A DNA stretch of 25,860 nucleotides from IMG/VR virus record IMGVR_UViG_3300045988_049160; one strand, 5' to 3'. Positions 15,210-23,682 of the stretch are shown here, in pieces; the stretch's first letter is position 1; each line of letters begins with the position of its first letter. A program made the translations under genes and the position numbers. The DNA comes from a virus (lineage: Duplodnaviria > Heunggongvirae > Uroviricota > Caudoviricetes). The notes below the pieces were generated by a model. That model did no database searches and was not told where the DNA came from. It saw nothing but the letters and a program-made list of their open reading frames with translations.

Positions 15210-15814
15210 CAGGACAACCTCGCAATGGTAAACTCGTCAACCGGTGGCTGTGGTTCCTGTGATTCATTCTGGCTATGCGAGCCAGCACTAAGAATCACGC
15301 GATTGTACATATTGAGAGCAAATGTACCGAGATCCGCATTCCCAGTCAGCGCCATGTTAATGGCTGCCGCAAGACGCCAGGCCAGCGCCTCCATAAAAAT
15401 GGCATCAAACATGTTTACATCTGAAACGCGAGAGACATACTTGAGCCATGCCTGCGGCTGGTCTGTGTAGATCAATTTTCCTGTTCCGTTGGTGTCTGCA
15501 CCAACTTCGTACTGAACGCGCATTGCTGCTGTTGGATTGCGTACACCAGGAAGCATAATTTCAGTAATGCGCAGACAATCTGACGGGTACTGGTACGCAT
15601 ATTCCCAGTCAGGCGGTGGATTGCTCGTATCTGCAAGCGCCACGCGTTTGGTAGCAAAGTTCCAGTCAAAATCAGAAAGCACAGCATCACGGCAGGCCTC
15701 AAAGTGCAGCGAACATTCCCCCGCTTCCTTGCTGGCTTCCGTCAGGCTGTTAATGCTGCGGCTGTTGCCAATATTGGACAGCGCACGATTGCAGATCTCT
15801 ACTACAGAGGCCAT
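15209..15814 (-). CDS. Tail tubular protein A (T7 gp11-like), 201 aa
   Basis: N-terminus MASVVEICNRALSNIGNSRSINSLTE resembles remembered T7 gp11 (VNDILASIGEPPVSTLEG); size about 200 aa; conserved order before gp12. Confidence 0.5.
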   Translation of the reverse strand: MASVVEICNRALSNIGNSRSINSLTEASKEAGECSLHFEACRDAVLSDFDWNFATKRVALADTSNPPPDWEYAYQYPSDCLRITEIMLPGVRNPTAAMRVQYEVGADTNGTGKLIYTDQPQAWLKYVSRVSDVNMFDAIFMEALAWRLAAAINMALTGNADLGTFALNMYNRVILSAGSHSQNESQEPQPPVDEFTIARLS

Positions 15815-15824
15815 AAGTTTCTAT

Positions 15825-15848
15825 ACTCCTGCAATAAAGGGGCCGAAG
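15825..15848 (-). terminator. Attenuator / partial terminator between head and tail genes (hairpin GGGGC-UUCG-GCCCC then UUUAUU on the minus strand)
   Basis: 5-bp G/C stem with UUCG tetraloop at 15835-15848 followed by a U-rich tract, in the 56-bp gap between the 114-aa gene and the gp11-like gene. Confidence 0.4.
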
Positions 15849-15870
15849 CCCCTTGTCTGATTCGCGAGGC

Positions 15871-16215
15871 TTACACGCCCAGTTCTTTACGCTTATCTGC
15901 GATCTTCTCGCGTAGCGTTTCGGCTTTGGCGTTATGGTGTGGCTTCTCGTTAAAGAGCAATTCGTACTCTTCACGGAGCTTATCCAGTTCACCATCATCT
16001 GACACATCGTTGATGATTTTGGTGCTGGTTGCTGCCATTGACACCTTTCCTGCAACTTTTGCTTTTGCCTGTCTGGCTGCATCGTTAACAGGTTCCAGTG
16101 CGCTACCAGGCTCACCTTCGTATTCGATTTCTGCCCCCTCCGGCCACAGAGTGTTATGGATATGAGAGAGGCGCAGAACGCGGTATCTTGGTTTCTCACC
16201 TGACATCGATATCAC
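15871..16215 (-). CDS. Hypothetical small virion/morphogenesis protein (114 aa)
   Basis: Start adjoins the upstream stop; lies between capsid-associated genes and the tail tubular genes. Confidence 0.4.
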   Translation of the reverse strand: MISMSGEKPRYRVLRLSHIHNTLWPEGAEIEYEGEPGSALEPVNDAARQAKAKVAGKVSMAATSTKIINDVSDDGELDKLREEYELLFNEKPHHNAKAETLREKIADKRKELGV

Positions 16216-16216
16216 C

Positions 16217-16654
16217 TTAACCAGTTACTTTTGAGCGGATCGGGTACGGCGTATTGGCATCAACATCCAGACTGATACCCGCAGTGAATTTGCCAGCCGT
16301 TAGTGGGCCAGTTGCGACGGAGTAGTTAACACGCAGATATCGCTGAACACCGGCAGGCACCTTTGCAGAAACAACTCGTTTACCTGCTGTCAGGGCGGTC
16401 TTTGCCAGTGCGCCACTATCATAAATAGTGGTCCATGAGCTGTTATTCTCACTCGTCTGCAACTGGATGTTTACAGTTGCATCACCGCTTGCCGCGGCGG
16501 CTGCGTTAACCAGCGCCCAAAACTCAAGCGGGTAACCCACGCCGATATCACGACGTTTTCCGTCAATTGGACCGAGATCGATTACGTCAGTAGAAGCCGC
16601 GGTATTCGTAACCGCCTGAGCTTCGGAGAACATCAACAGTTTGTCGGTGATCAT
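16217..16654 (-). CDS. Putative capsid decoration / minor capsid protein (145 aa)
   Basis: Immediately downstream of the major capsid gene; Ala/Thr/Gly-rich; call is positional only. Confidence 0.3.
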   Translation of the reverse strand: MITDKLLMFSEAQAVTNTAASTDVIDLGPIDGKRRDIGVGYPLEFWALVNAAAAASGDATVNIQLQTSENNSSWTTIYDSGALAKTALTAGKRVVSAKVPAGVQRYLRVNYSVATGPLTAGKFTAGISLDVDANTPYPIRSKVTG

Positions 16655-16705
16655 CTTCTTTCTCCATTAGTGGGTCTGTTACGACCCACAGGTTAATAAC
16701 AGGCG

Positions 16706-17698
16706 TTACACCACGCGGGCTTCTGTTTCCAGAAGCGCATCAGTTTCACGGATTGGTACACCACGGAATGAAGTCCACCACTCGCCTTCAGTCTCTTTTA
16801 CGCTGATAGCCAGAGATGTTTTCTCCAGAGATTGCAGATCAAGAGCCTGGCCTACAGTGCGGTTCATGTAGAACACCGGGCGGCCCATGCCACGGTTTGG
16901 AATGCGATGTAGTGCTTTAACCATCAACTTCGCAATATTTGCGGCAGAGGATGGTTCTGAAATATTGCTGACATCGATGTTTGCAATGCGAACAACATAA
17001 CGCCAGTCACGCAGAGCAAGTCCGTTATCCCATTTGTAATGGGTGCGATAGCCTTCGTACTTGCCGCCATTAGCATCTTCCAGTGTCACCTGGCCTTTAT
17101 CTTCCATCTGGATGCCAGCCTTCTGCCCTTTCGGGAAGATGCCATGCACGGTGTTTTCGCCCCACACCACTAACCAGATTGAGGTGTTATCTGTACCCGT
17201 GCCACCAGCATCAATGATGTTCTGAGCATTACCCGCAGACAGGCTGGAATAGCGGGAGGACAGTCCCATAAACTGCTGAGGGTTAACGCTGGAATCACCA
17301 TAAAACAGCGTCTGCGCCATCTGCTGATTCATCGCTTCAATAAATGCGCGGTCTTCAGACAGGCGGAATTCGGCGGTATTGCCGTTCAGATCAGCCAGTG
17401 ACTTATCGACTTCCGCATAGGTTTCCAGCATGCCAACGGAATCGGTTACCTGCACTGTGGTTGATTTGCTTGGCTGTACGCCATAGTTCAGCAAACGCCA
17501 GGTAGCTGAAGGTAAACCAGAACGAATGGTGGTTCGGTGTCCGGTAGGAAGGTTCCCTTCGACAAAAGGCATATCCTGAAGGATCGGGTTAGTTTGACCG
17601 AGAAGCTCGATAATCTTATCGACTTTCCCGTTTGGATCGACGCGCTTACCCCAGTCAGCCAGCGTTAGCGCAGTTAAGCCTTTAACAGCCATTGTCAT
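16706..17698 (-). CDS. Major capsid protein (330 aa)
   Basis: Follows the acidic scaffold gene with a GAGAGGAA RBS; size and order portal-scaffold-capsid. Confidence 0.6.
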   Translation of the reverse strand: MTMAVKGLTALTLADWGKRVDPNGKVDKIIELLGQTNPILQDMPFVEGNLPTGHRTTIRSGLPSATWRLLNYGVQPSKSTTVQVTDSVGMLETYAEVDKSLADLNGNTAEFRLSEDRAFIEAMNQQMAQTLFYGDSSVNPQQFMGLSSRYSSLSAGNAQNIIDAGGTGTDNTSIWLVVWGENTVHGIFPKGQKAGIQMEDKGQVTLEDANGGKYEGYRTHYKWDNGLALRDWRYVVRIANIDVSNISEPSSAANIAKLMVKALHRIPNRGMGRPVFYMNRTVGQALDLQSLEKTSLAISVKETEGEWWTSFRGVPIRETDALLETEARVV

Positions 17699-17706
17699 TT
17701 CCTCTC

Positions 17707-18408
17707 TTATTTGCCATAGAGCACTTCGGCCGCACTACGCTGGCCTTCATTACCACCGGTGACCATGCCATCTTCAGACATCGCCTTTCCGATTTTCACG
17801 AACGTTTTGACCAGATCAGGGTGATTACCCAGCCCGGTGGTGTTCAGATATTCTTTGAGTTCAGGTGTCCCGAACTGGTCAAGCGCACGCTGTGCGGCGC
17901 TAAGGTTAGAAATCAACTTGTCGCCACCGATTTCTTTGTCGGCTTTTACATCCGCTGCCCACTGCTCGGTTGTTTTCTGCCAGGCTTCTGCCTGGCGCTG
18001 CTGAACACCTGCCAGAATCTTCGGATAAGCATCAACCAGCTTTTGCGCTTGCTCGTTGGTCAGGTTTAGTTCTCGCGCCACCGGCTCGAATTCCTTCAAC
18101 GCTTCTGTATCCAGCTCTACGCCTTCGGCAGCCTGAAACTCGTACTTTTCAGGCGCACCCTCTGGTTTATCGCCGTCCTTTTTTTCATCCTGCTTATCGT
18201 TTTCAGGCTTTTTGTCATCAGCAGGTTTATCGCCATCAGCAACAGGTTGTGGCTTATCACCTTCCTGTTGTGATGGATCACCAACTGGAGCAGGGTTATC
18301 ACCTGCAGGCGCTGACGGTTCTGACGCAGCCGGAGCTGCTCCACCATCGACTGGTTGCTCATTGCAAAGACGGCGATACAGCAAACGCTCAAATAAATTC
18401 ATGATCAC
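17707..18408 (-). CDS. Scaffolding protein (acidic, low complexity, 233 aa)
   Basis: Highly acidic Pro/Asp/Lys-rich N-terminal half (DGDKPADDKKPENDKQDEKKDGDKPEG), located between portal and capsid. Confidence 0.5.
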   Translation of the reverse strand: MIMNLFERLLYRRLCNEQPVDGGAAPAASEPSAPAGDNPAPVGDPSQQEGDKPQPVADGDKPADDKKPENDKQDEKKDGDKPEGAPEKYEFQAAEGVELDTEALKEFEPVARELNLTNEQAQKLVDAYPKILAGVQQRQAEAWQKTTEQWAADVKADKEIGGDKLISNLSAAQRALDQFGTPELKEYLNTTGLGNHPDLVKTFVKIGKAMSEDGMVTGGNEGQRSAAEVLYGK

Positions 18409-18701
18409 TCCTGTTCACTGGCCTCTTTGGCCATCTTCAAATACTGTTCAGGGCAATGCGCCATAACGCGCTGAAACAGTTCCAGCGCCAGATTGCGTTG
18501 CCCCTCATTAAATGCCATTGCCATAGCGTCCATCGGTGAGATAGCGGAAAACACACGGCCTTTCTCCAGCACCGACCAGACAACGCGACGCCCCTGTTCA
18601 CTGCTCATGACAAAGCAAATGTCATCAATTTCACGCTGTGCCATGTCACGTTGCTTACGGGCGTTTTCTTCTTTCAGTTGATCGTCTTCGTAATCTGTCA
18701 T
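18405..18701 (-). CDS. Hypothetical head-assembly-associated protein (98 aa)
   Basis: Translationally coupled between portal and scaffold. Confidence 0.4.
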   Translation of the reverse strand: MTDYEDDQLKEENARKQRDMAQREIDDICFVMSSEQGRRVVWSVLEKGRVFSAISPMDAMAMAFNEGQRNLALELFQRVMAHCPEQYLKMAKEASEQE

Positions 18702-20377
18702 TGTGATTGCCCACCCTGACCACTAACTGCATTCGCCATAGCTGACAAAACACTCGGATCCGAAGTTTTAGCTTCGCTTAGCGTCTTGGCACCCTGTGCC
18801 GCCGCCATCCCCATCGCCATCATTTGTTGCTGCTGTTGTTGCTGTGCCCGTTGCTGGCGAGCCTGCTCAACCTGTTCCTGCGGAACAATGACGGTTGGAG
18901 ACACTCCGGACATATCAGCGAATGCATCGATCGCCTGATCAACGTTGAGTTTGTCGAGAGCTTCTGGTTTCGCTTGCGCAAGTTGACCAATGAAGTTGAC
19001 CGTAGACGCCAGACTGGACAGGCCGATAGACTTCTGCGCCTGAGCCATGACGGAAATGTATTCGACCTTCAGGGGCATACCTTCCATCGCGTCAGGCGGT
19101 GGCGGCAGCATGTTTTTACGCACCATCATCGAGAAAGCGCGGTCAATGAGAGGATTAAGACATTCGTCGTTCAGACGCTCCAGAACCGGCCCCAACATCA
19201 GAAGTTTTTCTTCTTTCATTTCGATCACCGCTTCAACAGGCATCGAGCGGGTATTGATGTTCTGCAACATCATGAACAGATCGACAAAGTAGGCGCTGTT
19301 AATGATTTGACGGGTGTCCTGAATGTCTGCCACCAAATCTGCTGTACTGGGGTTAACCAGATAAGCAGGCCTGAAACCATCCTGACCAGTAATCTGATCG
19401 ATATACGTGATGTCGCCAGGAAGAAGGGAGGCACGCTGATTCTTGAGGGAAGTCGGAGCAACCATCGGCGGATTGGTGGCTTTATCAATCAACTGCGACT
19501 TGCGCTTCTGGAGAAGCTGCAATGCCTTAACAGGTCCAAGCGCCAGCATACCCGGGCATGATGATCCATAAACATCTTCGCCGTTAACTTCCCAGCGCGG
19601 AGCCATAATTGGAAACTCATCGAATCCGGACTCACGCAACAACTTGTCGTTATCGCCACCAACCTCGTAATAAACCGATTTGAATGGCTTGTTCTTGCTA
19701 TCCAGCTTCGATGTATCGCGGTCAATGTTCGGGTAAACCGAATGCATCACTTCAATCCACTTCTCGTAGGTTCCGCTTTCCCACATGCTTTTTACGGATT
19801 CGCTGACGTTATTTAGCCCGAACTCCTGAACAAGCTGACGAACAGTCATAGAGAACTTGCGAAAACAGGTGTCCACACTGCCACGAGGTGAGTTAGCCAG
19901 GTAGTAACTGCCTATCGGGAATGGCATTGTGCGAATGATGTCCTCGTCATCCTCCAGCACTGCCATTGCACCAGTGCTGTATGTGCCGAGGCTTCCGTAT
20001 AACTGCGGCAGCGACTGATAGAGATTCGACTTATTGAACATATCGTTCATGCGGTTCTGCACCGCCTCAAGCCACAACTTAACAGGGCCATAATCCATCA
20101 TTTCAGGATCTGGCGTAGCCAGGCGAAACCACGGACGCGCGGGGCTTGTGATGCCTGACATCATGCCGCTGGCGAGAGTGCGCGCCGCCATAGTCCCGGT
20201 CGAATCAATAATGCGTGTATTGCGTCGATCGTTACGGTTGACCTCAGAAGTCAGAAAGCGGGAACCACGCGGGTTGATGTAATCACTCAACTCGCGCCAG
20301 TGCGGCTCGAACGACTGACGCTCGCTTTCAAGTTGTGCGAACTGTTTGTTCAATCGCTCTTTAGTTGTTTCCGCCAT
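18698..20377 (-). CDS. Portal (head-to-tail connector) protein, T7 gp8-like
   Basis: 559 aa; N-terminal region LNKQFAQLESERQSFEPHWRELSDYINP...TGTMAARTLASGMMSGITSPARPWFRL parallels remembered T7 gp8 (YERLKNDRAPYETRAQNCAQY...VGARGLNNLASKLMLALFPMQTWMRL); Gln-rich C-terminus QQRAQQQQQQQMMAMGMAAAQG also gp8-like. Confidence 0.75.
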   Translation of the reverse strand: MAETTKERLNKQFAQLESERQSFEPHWRELSDYINPRGSRFLTSEVNRNDRRNTRIIDSTGTMAARTLASGMMSGITSPARPWFRLATPDPEMMDYGPVKLWLEAVQNRMNDMFNKSNLYQSLPQLYGSLGTYSTGAMAVLEDDEDIIRTMPFPIGSYYLANSPRGSVDTCFRKFSMTVRQLVQEFGLNNVSESVKSMWESGTYEKWIEVMHSVYPNIDRDTSKLDSKNKPFKSVYYEVGGDNDKLLRESGFDEFPIMAPRWEVNGEDVYGSSCPGMLALGPVKALQLLQKRKSQLIDKATNPPMVAPTSLKNQRASLLPGDITYIDQITGQDGFRPAYLVNPSTADLVADIQDTRQIINSAYFVDLFMMLQNINTRSMPVEAVIEMKEEKLLMLGPVLERLNDECLNPLIDRAFSMMVRKNMLPPPPDAMEGMPLKVEYISVMAQAQKSIGLSSLASTVNFIGQLAQAKPEALDKLNVDQAIDAFADMSGVSPTVIVPQEQVEQARQQRAQQQQQQQMMAMGMAAAQGAKTLSEAKTSDPSVLSAMANAVSGQGGQSQ

Positions 20378-20391
20378 TTCAATGACTCCGG

Positions 20392-20598
20392 TTACTGACC
20401 AAGCAGCGTTTTACCGCTGGTATTAGCGGTTGATGTGTCGCCCTGAGAACCGGTAAGCAGCGTAGAACTACGACCAGCAGCAGCGCGACGGCGACGAGTT
20501 TCTTCGTCGCGGGCATCAACAACGGCGGCATCCTGCTCCTGTGGTGCTGCCTGAACTTCTGGTGTTGCAGGCACTGATGGTGAGCTACCCATGCACAT
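20392..20598 (-). CDS. Small Ser/Thr/Arg-rich virion protein, T7 gp6.7-like (68 aa)
   Basis: Starts MCMGSSPSVPAT..., basic and Ser/Thr-rich, directly upstream of portal; GGAG RBS; chosen over the overlapping 20379..20618 frame. Confidence 0.35.
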   Translation of the reverse strand: MCMGSSPSVPATPEVQAAPQEQDAAVVDARDEETRRRRAAAGRSSTLLTGSQGDTSTANTSGKTLLGQ

Positions 20599-20687
20599 AT
20601 CAATGACTCCGTACGCAATTAAATTATTACCAATTTAACCACATATGATTTATTTATCGTAGGTAGTTGACATTTAACGCACAAATT

Positions 20688-20704
20688 ATTACCTTTCAGG
20701 TAAC
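20688..20704. promoter_or_regulatory. Putative operator ATTACC-TTTCA-GGTAAC (copy 5)
   Basis: About 90 bp upstream of the gp6.7-like start, in the region where the structural operon must restart after the plus-strand moron insertion. Confidence 0.35.
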
Positions 20705-21025
20705 CAAAGAGTTCATTCCGGTTACTAACCTGACTGGCTTGTCGTTAAATTGAACAGGTGGAGTGAGCTTTTATTTTGAGCAGTACGGCGTATGGCACAT
20801 GCGCCGATAGCGGTCTGGATACGTTTAAGGGGCACCCTCCCTGGCTGTGGCAAACGAACCAGGTAGCCGGAATGTGCAAGTCGAGCGGTTTTATTCCGCG
20901 CACGGGGATTCACCATCCCGGCGATTCGGTGTGACGCCTCGGAAGAGACGAGGGTACAACGATGAGAGCATTTATGGAGCCGCGACAAAGTGTGGCGCCT
21001 TAACAGGCTAAGTGCTCTCAGCGTT

Positions 21026-21102
21026 GTGGCATTAGCTCAGCTGGACAGAGCAACCGCTTTCTAAGCGGTTGGTCGCAGGTTCGAATCCTGCATGCCACGC
21101 CA
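21026..21102 (+). tRNA. tRNA-Arg (anticodon UCU)
   Basis: 77 nt with CCA; acceptor stem GTGGCAT/ATGCCAC, D-arm GCTC/GAGC, anticodon stem CCGC/GCGG with loop TTTCTAA, T-arm GCAGG-TTCGAAT-CCTGC. Related to but not identical with remembered E. coli argU. Confidence 0.85.
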
Positions 21103-21146
21103 GAATCACGCCTAAGGACCGTGATGCCAGAAGTTCCAGGGGCTTG

Positions 21147-21188
21147 GCGGTGATGGTTTCCCTTGAAGGACTATCACCGCCCTTTTTA
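21147..21188 (+). terminator. Rho-independent terminator downstream of the tRNA
   Basis: GGCGGTGAT...ATCACCGCC 9-bp stem followed by CTTTTTAC. Confidence 0.55.
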
Positions 21189-21265
21189 CAGCATGACGCC
21201 ATTGCGATGGCTTCATGCTGTAAACCAGTACAGCCACGGAAGGCATAACTCATTGCTTCCAGTTC

Positions 21266-21290
21266 GCCCGATTCGCCGGGCATTTTTTTT
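21266..21290 (+). terminator. Terminator-like hairpin plus T8 immediately 5' of gene A (GCCCG-ATTCGC-CGGGC-A-TTTTTTTT)
   Basis: GC stem and T8 run ending 10 nt before the ATG at 21301; the same cassette is duplicated before gene B. Confidence 0.4.
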
Positions 21291-21300
21291 AGGTGAGATC

Positions 21301-21723
21301 ATGAAAACAGCCGACATGCTAGCTAAATATCTAAATGAATGGCCGTGCAAATATGTACGCATTGTTCAGGGTGATGACTCAATTTTTTATGGTGTTTTTG
21401 CAGGAAATGAAATGCTTTGTGAAGCAATTCCAGGTGAGCGACTTGCCGGGTTAACGCTTAGCGATGACCATGGAATAGGAGTTACTTGCCATGACTGGAT
21501 TTCAGCGCAGAAAACTGAAATGGAAAAAGGCAATGTGTTTGATATTTCTCGCGCTGTATACGCCAAAGAAAAAAGTGATGATGATTACATGCGCGAAAAC
21601 TTATACAACATGAAGTTACAATGCCTGGCTGAAGTGCTTAGTAAAAGATCTTTACTTGATGTGGTTGGTGCTGAGCAGGACGCCAAGGCAATCAACGCCG
21701 CATTCGATAAAATAACCTTCTAA
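21301..21723 (+). CDS. Hypothetical acidic protein (140 aa), moron gene A
   Basis: ATG at 21301 preceded by AGGTGA; the track start at 21163 would run through the upstream terminators. Opposite orientation to the flanking structural genes. Confidence 0.55.
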   Translation: MKTADMLAKYLNEWPCKYVRIVQGDDSIFYGVFAGNEMLCEAIPGERLAGLTLSDDHGIGVTCHDWISAQKTEMEKGNVFDISRAVYAKEKSDDDYMRENLYNMKLQCLAEVLSKRSLLDVVGAEQDAKAINAAFDKITF

Positions 21724-21744
21724 CGCCGTGACATGTCACAATCA

Positions 21745-21771
21745 GCCCGCCGATTCGCCGGGCATTTTTTT
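21745..21771 (+). terminator. Rho-independent terminator after gene A (GCCCG...CGGGC then T7), also the leader of gene B
   Basis: Hairpin at 21745-21763 followed by T7, then AAGGTGA RBS and ATG at 21784. Confidence 0.5.
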
Positions 21772-21783
21772 AAGGTGAAAATC

Positions 21784-22116
21784 ATGAAAGAGAAGACTGC
21801 AGCTGAGCGCTATGCCGCAGCTATCAATGCCGCGATGGCGATTGTAAACCTGCGTGAAGAGATTAAAGATCTCCTTGCAATTATCCATAACAACCTGACA
21901 TGTACAGAGTTGCTTGGCGGTCAGTACAACGGTGAGGCGGTGAAGGAGGCATTTAAAAATGCCGAGGTAGGAATAATTCCAGCAAACTATGTCAAGGCTG
22001 AATGTGTGCTCCTAAAGGCACGAGTGAGTCTGCATGAAGATCCTGGTAATCTCGGTCGAACTGCAATGCGTTACGTGATAGACGAGTCGAATGCCAAACA
22101 CAATCTACCGAAATAA
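21784..22116 (+). CDS. Hypothetical protein (110 aa), moron gene B
   Basis: ATG at 21784 with AAGGTGA RBS; 5' leader almost identical to that of gene A. Confidence 0.55.
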   Translation: MKEKTAAERYAAAINAAMAIVNLREEIKDLLAIIHNNLTCTELLGGQYNGEAVKEAFKNAEVGIIPANYVKAECVLLKARVSLHEDPGNLGRTAMRYVIDESNAKHNLPK

Positions 22117-22135
22117 CACCGTGACATGTCACAAA

Positions 22136-22162
22136 CAGCCAGCCTATGAGCTGGCTTTGTTT
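22136..22162 (+). terminator. Rho-independent terminator after gene B (AGCCAGC-CTATGA-GCTGGCT then TTGTTTT)
   Basis: Perfect 7-bp stem followed by a T-rich tract. Confidence 0.6.
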
Positions 22163-22206
22163 TATCCTCACCAGAGGATATCAACGACATTATCCCCACC
22201 AGCGGA

Positions 22207-23682
22207 TTAAGCATAGGGATCGTAATCTGTGATGGCCTTGCCTTGCTGGTTCTGCTGACCGGGAATTCGCAGACGCTTAGACACAGGGAACGCAAACGTC
22301 AGCAGTAGCGCATCGCCTTTACCCGGTGAACGCCCAAGCCGCTCCTTGATATCTTCCTTCGGTTCGATAACGATTTTACCGTCCACTCGAACTTTGTACT
22401 CTGCCGCCGACAGGTCGTCTGCTGTTTCCTGGTCATCCAGCATGCCGCCCAGCCTCAGCCATGTCTTGCATGAATTGAACATCTCCCCACGCTTGTTGAG
22501 CATCTGCGGGTCAGTAGACGCGCCACCGAACGGAACAAGTTGCCATGTACGACCCCAGCCGTCACCGATTGACTTCAAACCGGTTCCGTAACCGAAGTCG
22601 ATGAACACCGCGTCAGCCTGATACTGGTCTTCAAAGTCAGCGATACGCTTCGCCATAATCAGATCGTCGGTAGTCTTGTTGCCAGTCCACAGCACCTTAC
22701 TGTGTAGCCCCTGCCGCAGGTATATCACAGCGTCATCAACGCCGGAGTATGCCGGGTCAACGCCGATTATCACCGGAGCATGTGCAACCTGCGCAGCGGT
22801 TACCACCCGTTTCATTGCCTCGTCAGTAAGACCGGTAGGGATAAACTGCAATTCAGATGCATCAGGGAATATGCCACGCACACGGATTTTAACGAAGTCG
22901 CTGTCTTCCCCGTAGTCATCAACCCATTTCTGCAACTGCTGTTTGTTAGTGCCTTCCACCGTCCGGCTGTCAATCTGCGCAGTTTTCCAGCGGTGTTTAT
23001 ATTTGCGGAAACATTCGCGAAAACGCCCGGTGTTACGTGTAGGGTTTCCGAACGCCACCCAAATAATCTCAGTGTCTTCGTCCGTAAGCGCACCCTCGGC
23101 AACTTCCCACACCAGATCCGCAATGTTCGACGCTTCATCAAACACCACGATGATGCGTTTGCGCTCGTTGTGTAGTCCGGCGAATGCCTCGGTGTTGTGC
23201 TCAGACCAGGGTATTGCGTCAGCCCGCCACCGCTTGTCGTGCCCTAGGTCATTGCTGTACATCGCGGTAGCGGTACAGGTAAACCAGTCTTTCGTGATAG
23301 CAAGGTTCGACCACTTGATAATTTCCGGCCAGGTCTTCGTTCGTAGCTGGTTGTCGGTGTTGGCGGTCACCACGACCTTACAATCCTCGCAAGTGGACAT
23401 GCCCCAGTTGATCAGCATTGAGATGAATGCGGATTTACCAATACCGTGACCAGAAGCGCGTGCCAGCATAAGCGGCTGATAGCGCGTCTCTGGATTCTGC
23501 AGGTGATCACGTATCTCTCGGAACGCATCAGCCTGCCACTGACGTGGGCCGGTGGCATGTGCCAGTTCAGTCCCCTCTTCCCCCCATGGGAACGCATAGA
23601 GGGCATAGCCAAGCGGATCGTGAGTGAACCCTGCAATATCCTCGATTAACTGCTCTTCAGGAGATAACGCTGTATCTGTCAC
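22207..23682 (-). CDS. Terminase large subunit (ATPase plus nuclease), GTG start
   Basis: 491 aa; Walker A-like ARASGHGIGKS; Walker B-like IIVVFDEAS; C-terminal nuclease-like segment VIIGVDPAYSGVDDAVIYL. GTG at 23682 overlaps the terS TGA; AGGA RBS. Confidence 0.85.
   Translation of the reverse strand: MTDTALSPEEQLIEDIAGFTHDPLGYALYAFPWGEEGTELAHATGPRQWQADAFREIRDHLQNPETRYQPLMLARASGHGIGKSAFISMLINWGMSTCEDCKVVVTANTDNQLRTKTWPEIIKWSNLAITKDWFTCTATAMYSNDLGHDKRWRADAIPWSEHNTEAFAGLHNERKRIIVVFDEASNIADLVWEVAEGALTDEDTEIIWVAFGNPTRNTGRFRECFRKYKHRWKTAQIDSRTVEGTNKQQLQKWVDDYGEDSDFVKIRVRGIFPDASELQFIPTGLTDEAMKRVVTAAQVAHAPVIIGVDPAYSGVDDAVIYLRQGLHSKVLWTGNKTTDDLIMAKRIADFEDQYQADAVFIDFGYGTGLKSIGDGWGRTWQLVPFGGASTDPQMLNKRGEMFNSCKTWLRLGGMLDDQETADDLSAAEYKVRVDGKIVIEPKEDIKERLGRSPGKGDALLLTFAFPVSKRLRIPGQQNQQGKAITDYDPYA

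Noticed and set aside
20379-20618. 79-aa ORF overlapping the gp6.7-like gene in another frame
   Set aside because: The alternative frame (20392..20598) has a GGAG RBS and a gp6.7-like composition; the 79-aa frame runs into the portal start.
21032-21283. 83-aa minus-strand ORF
   Set aside because: Overlaps the tRNA-Arg gene and its terminator; spurious.
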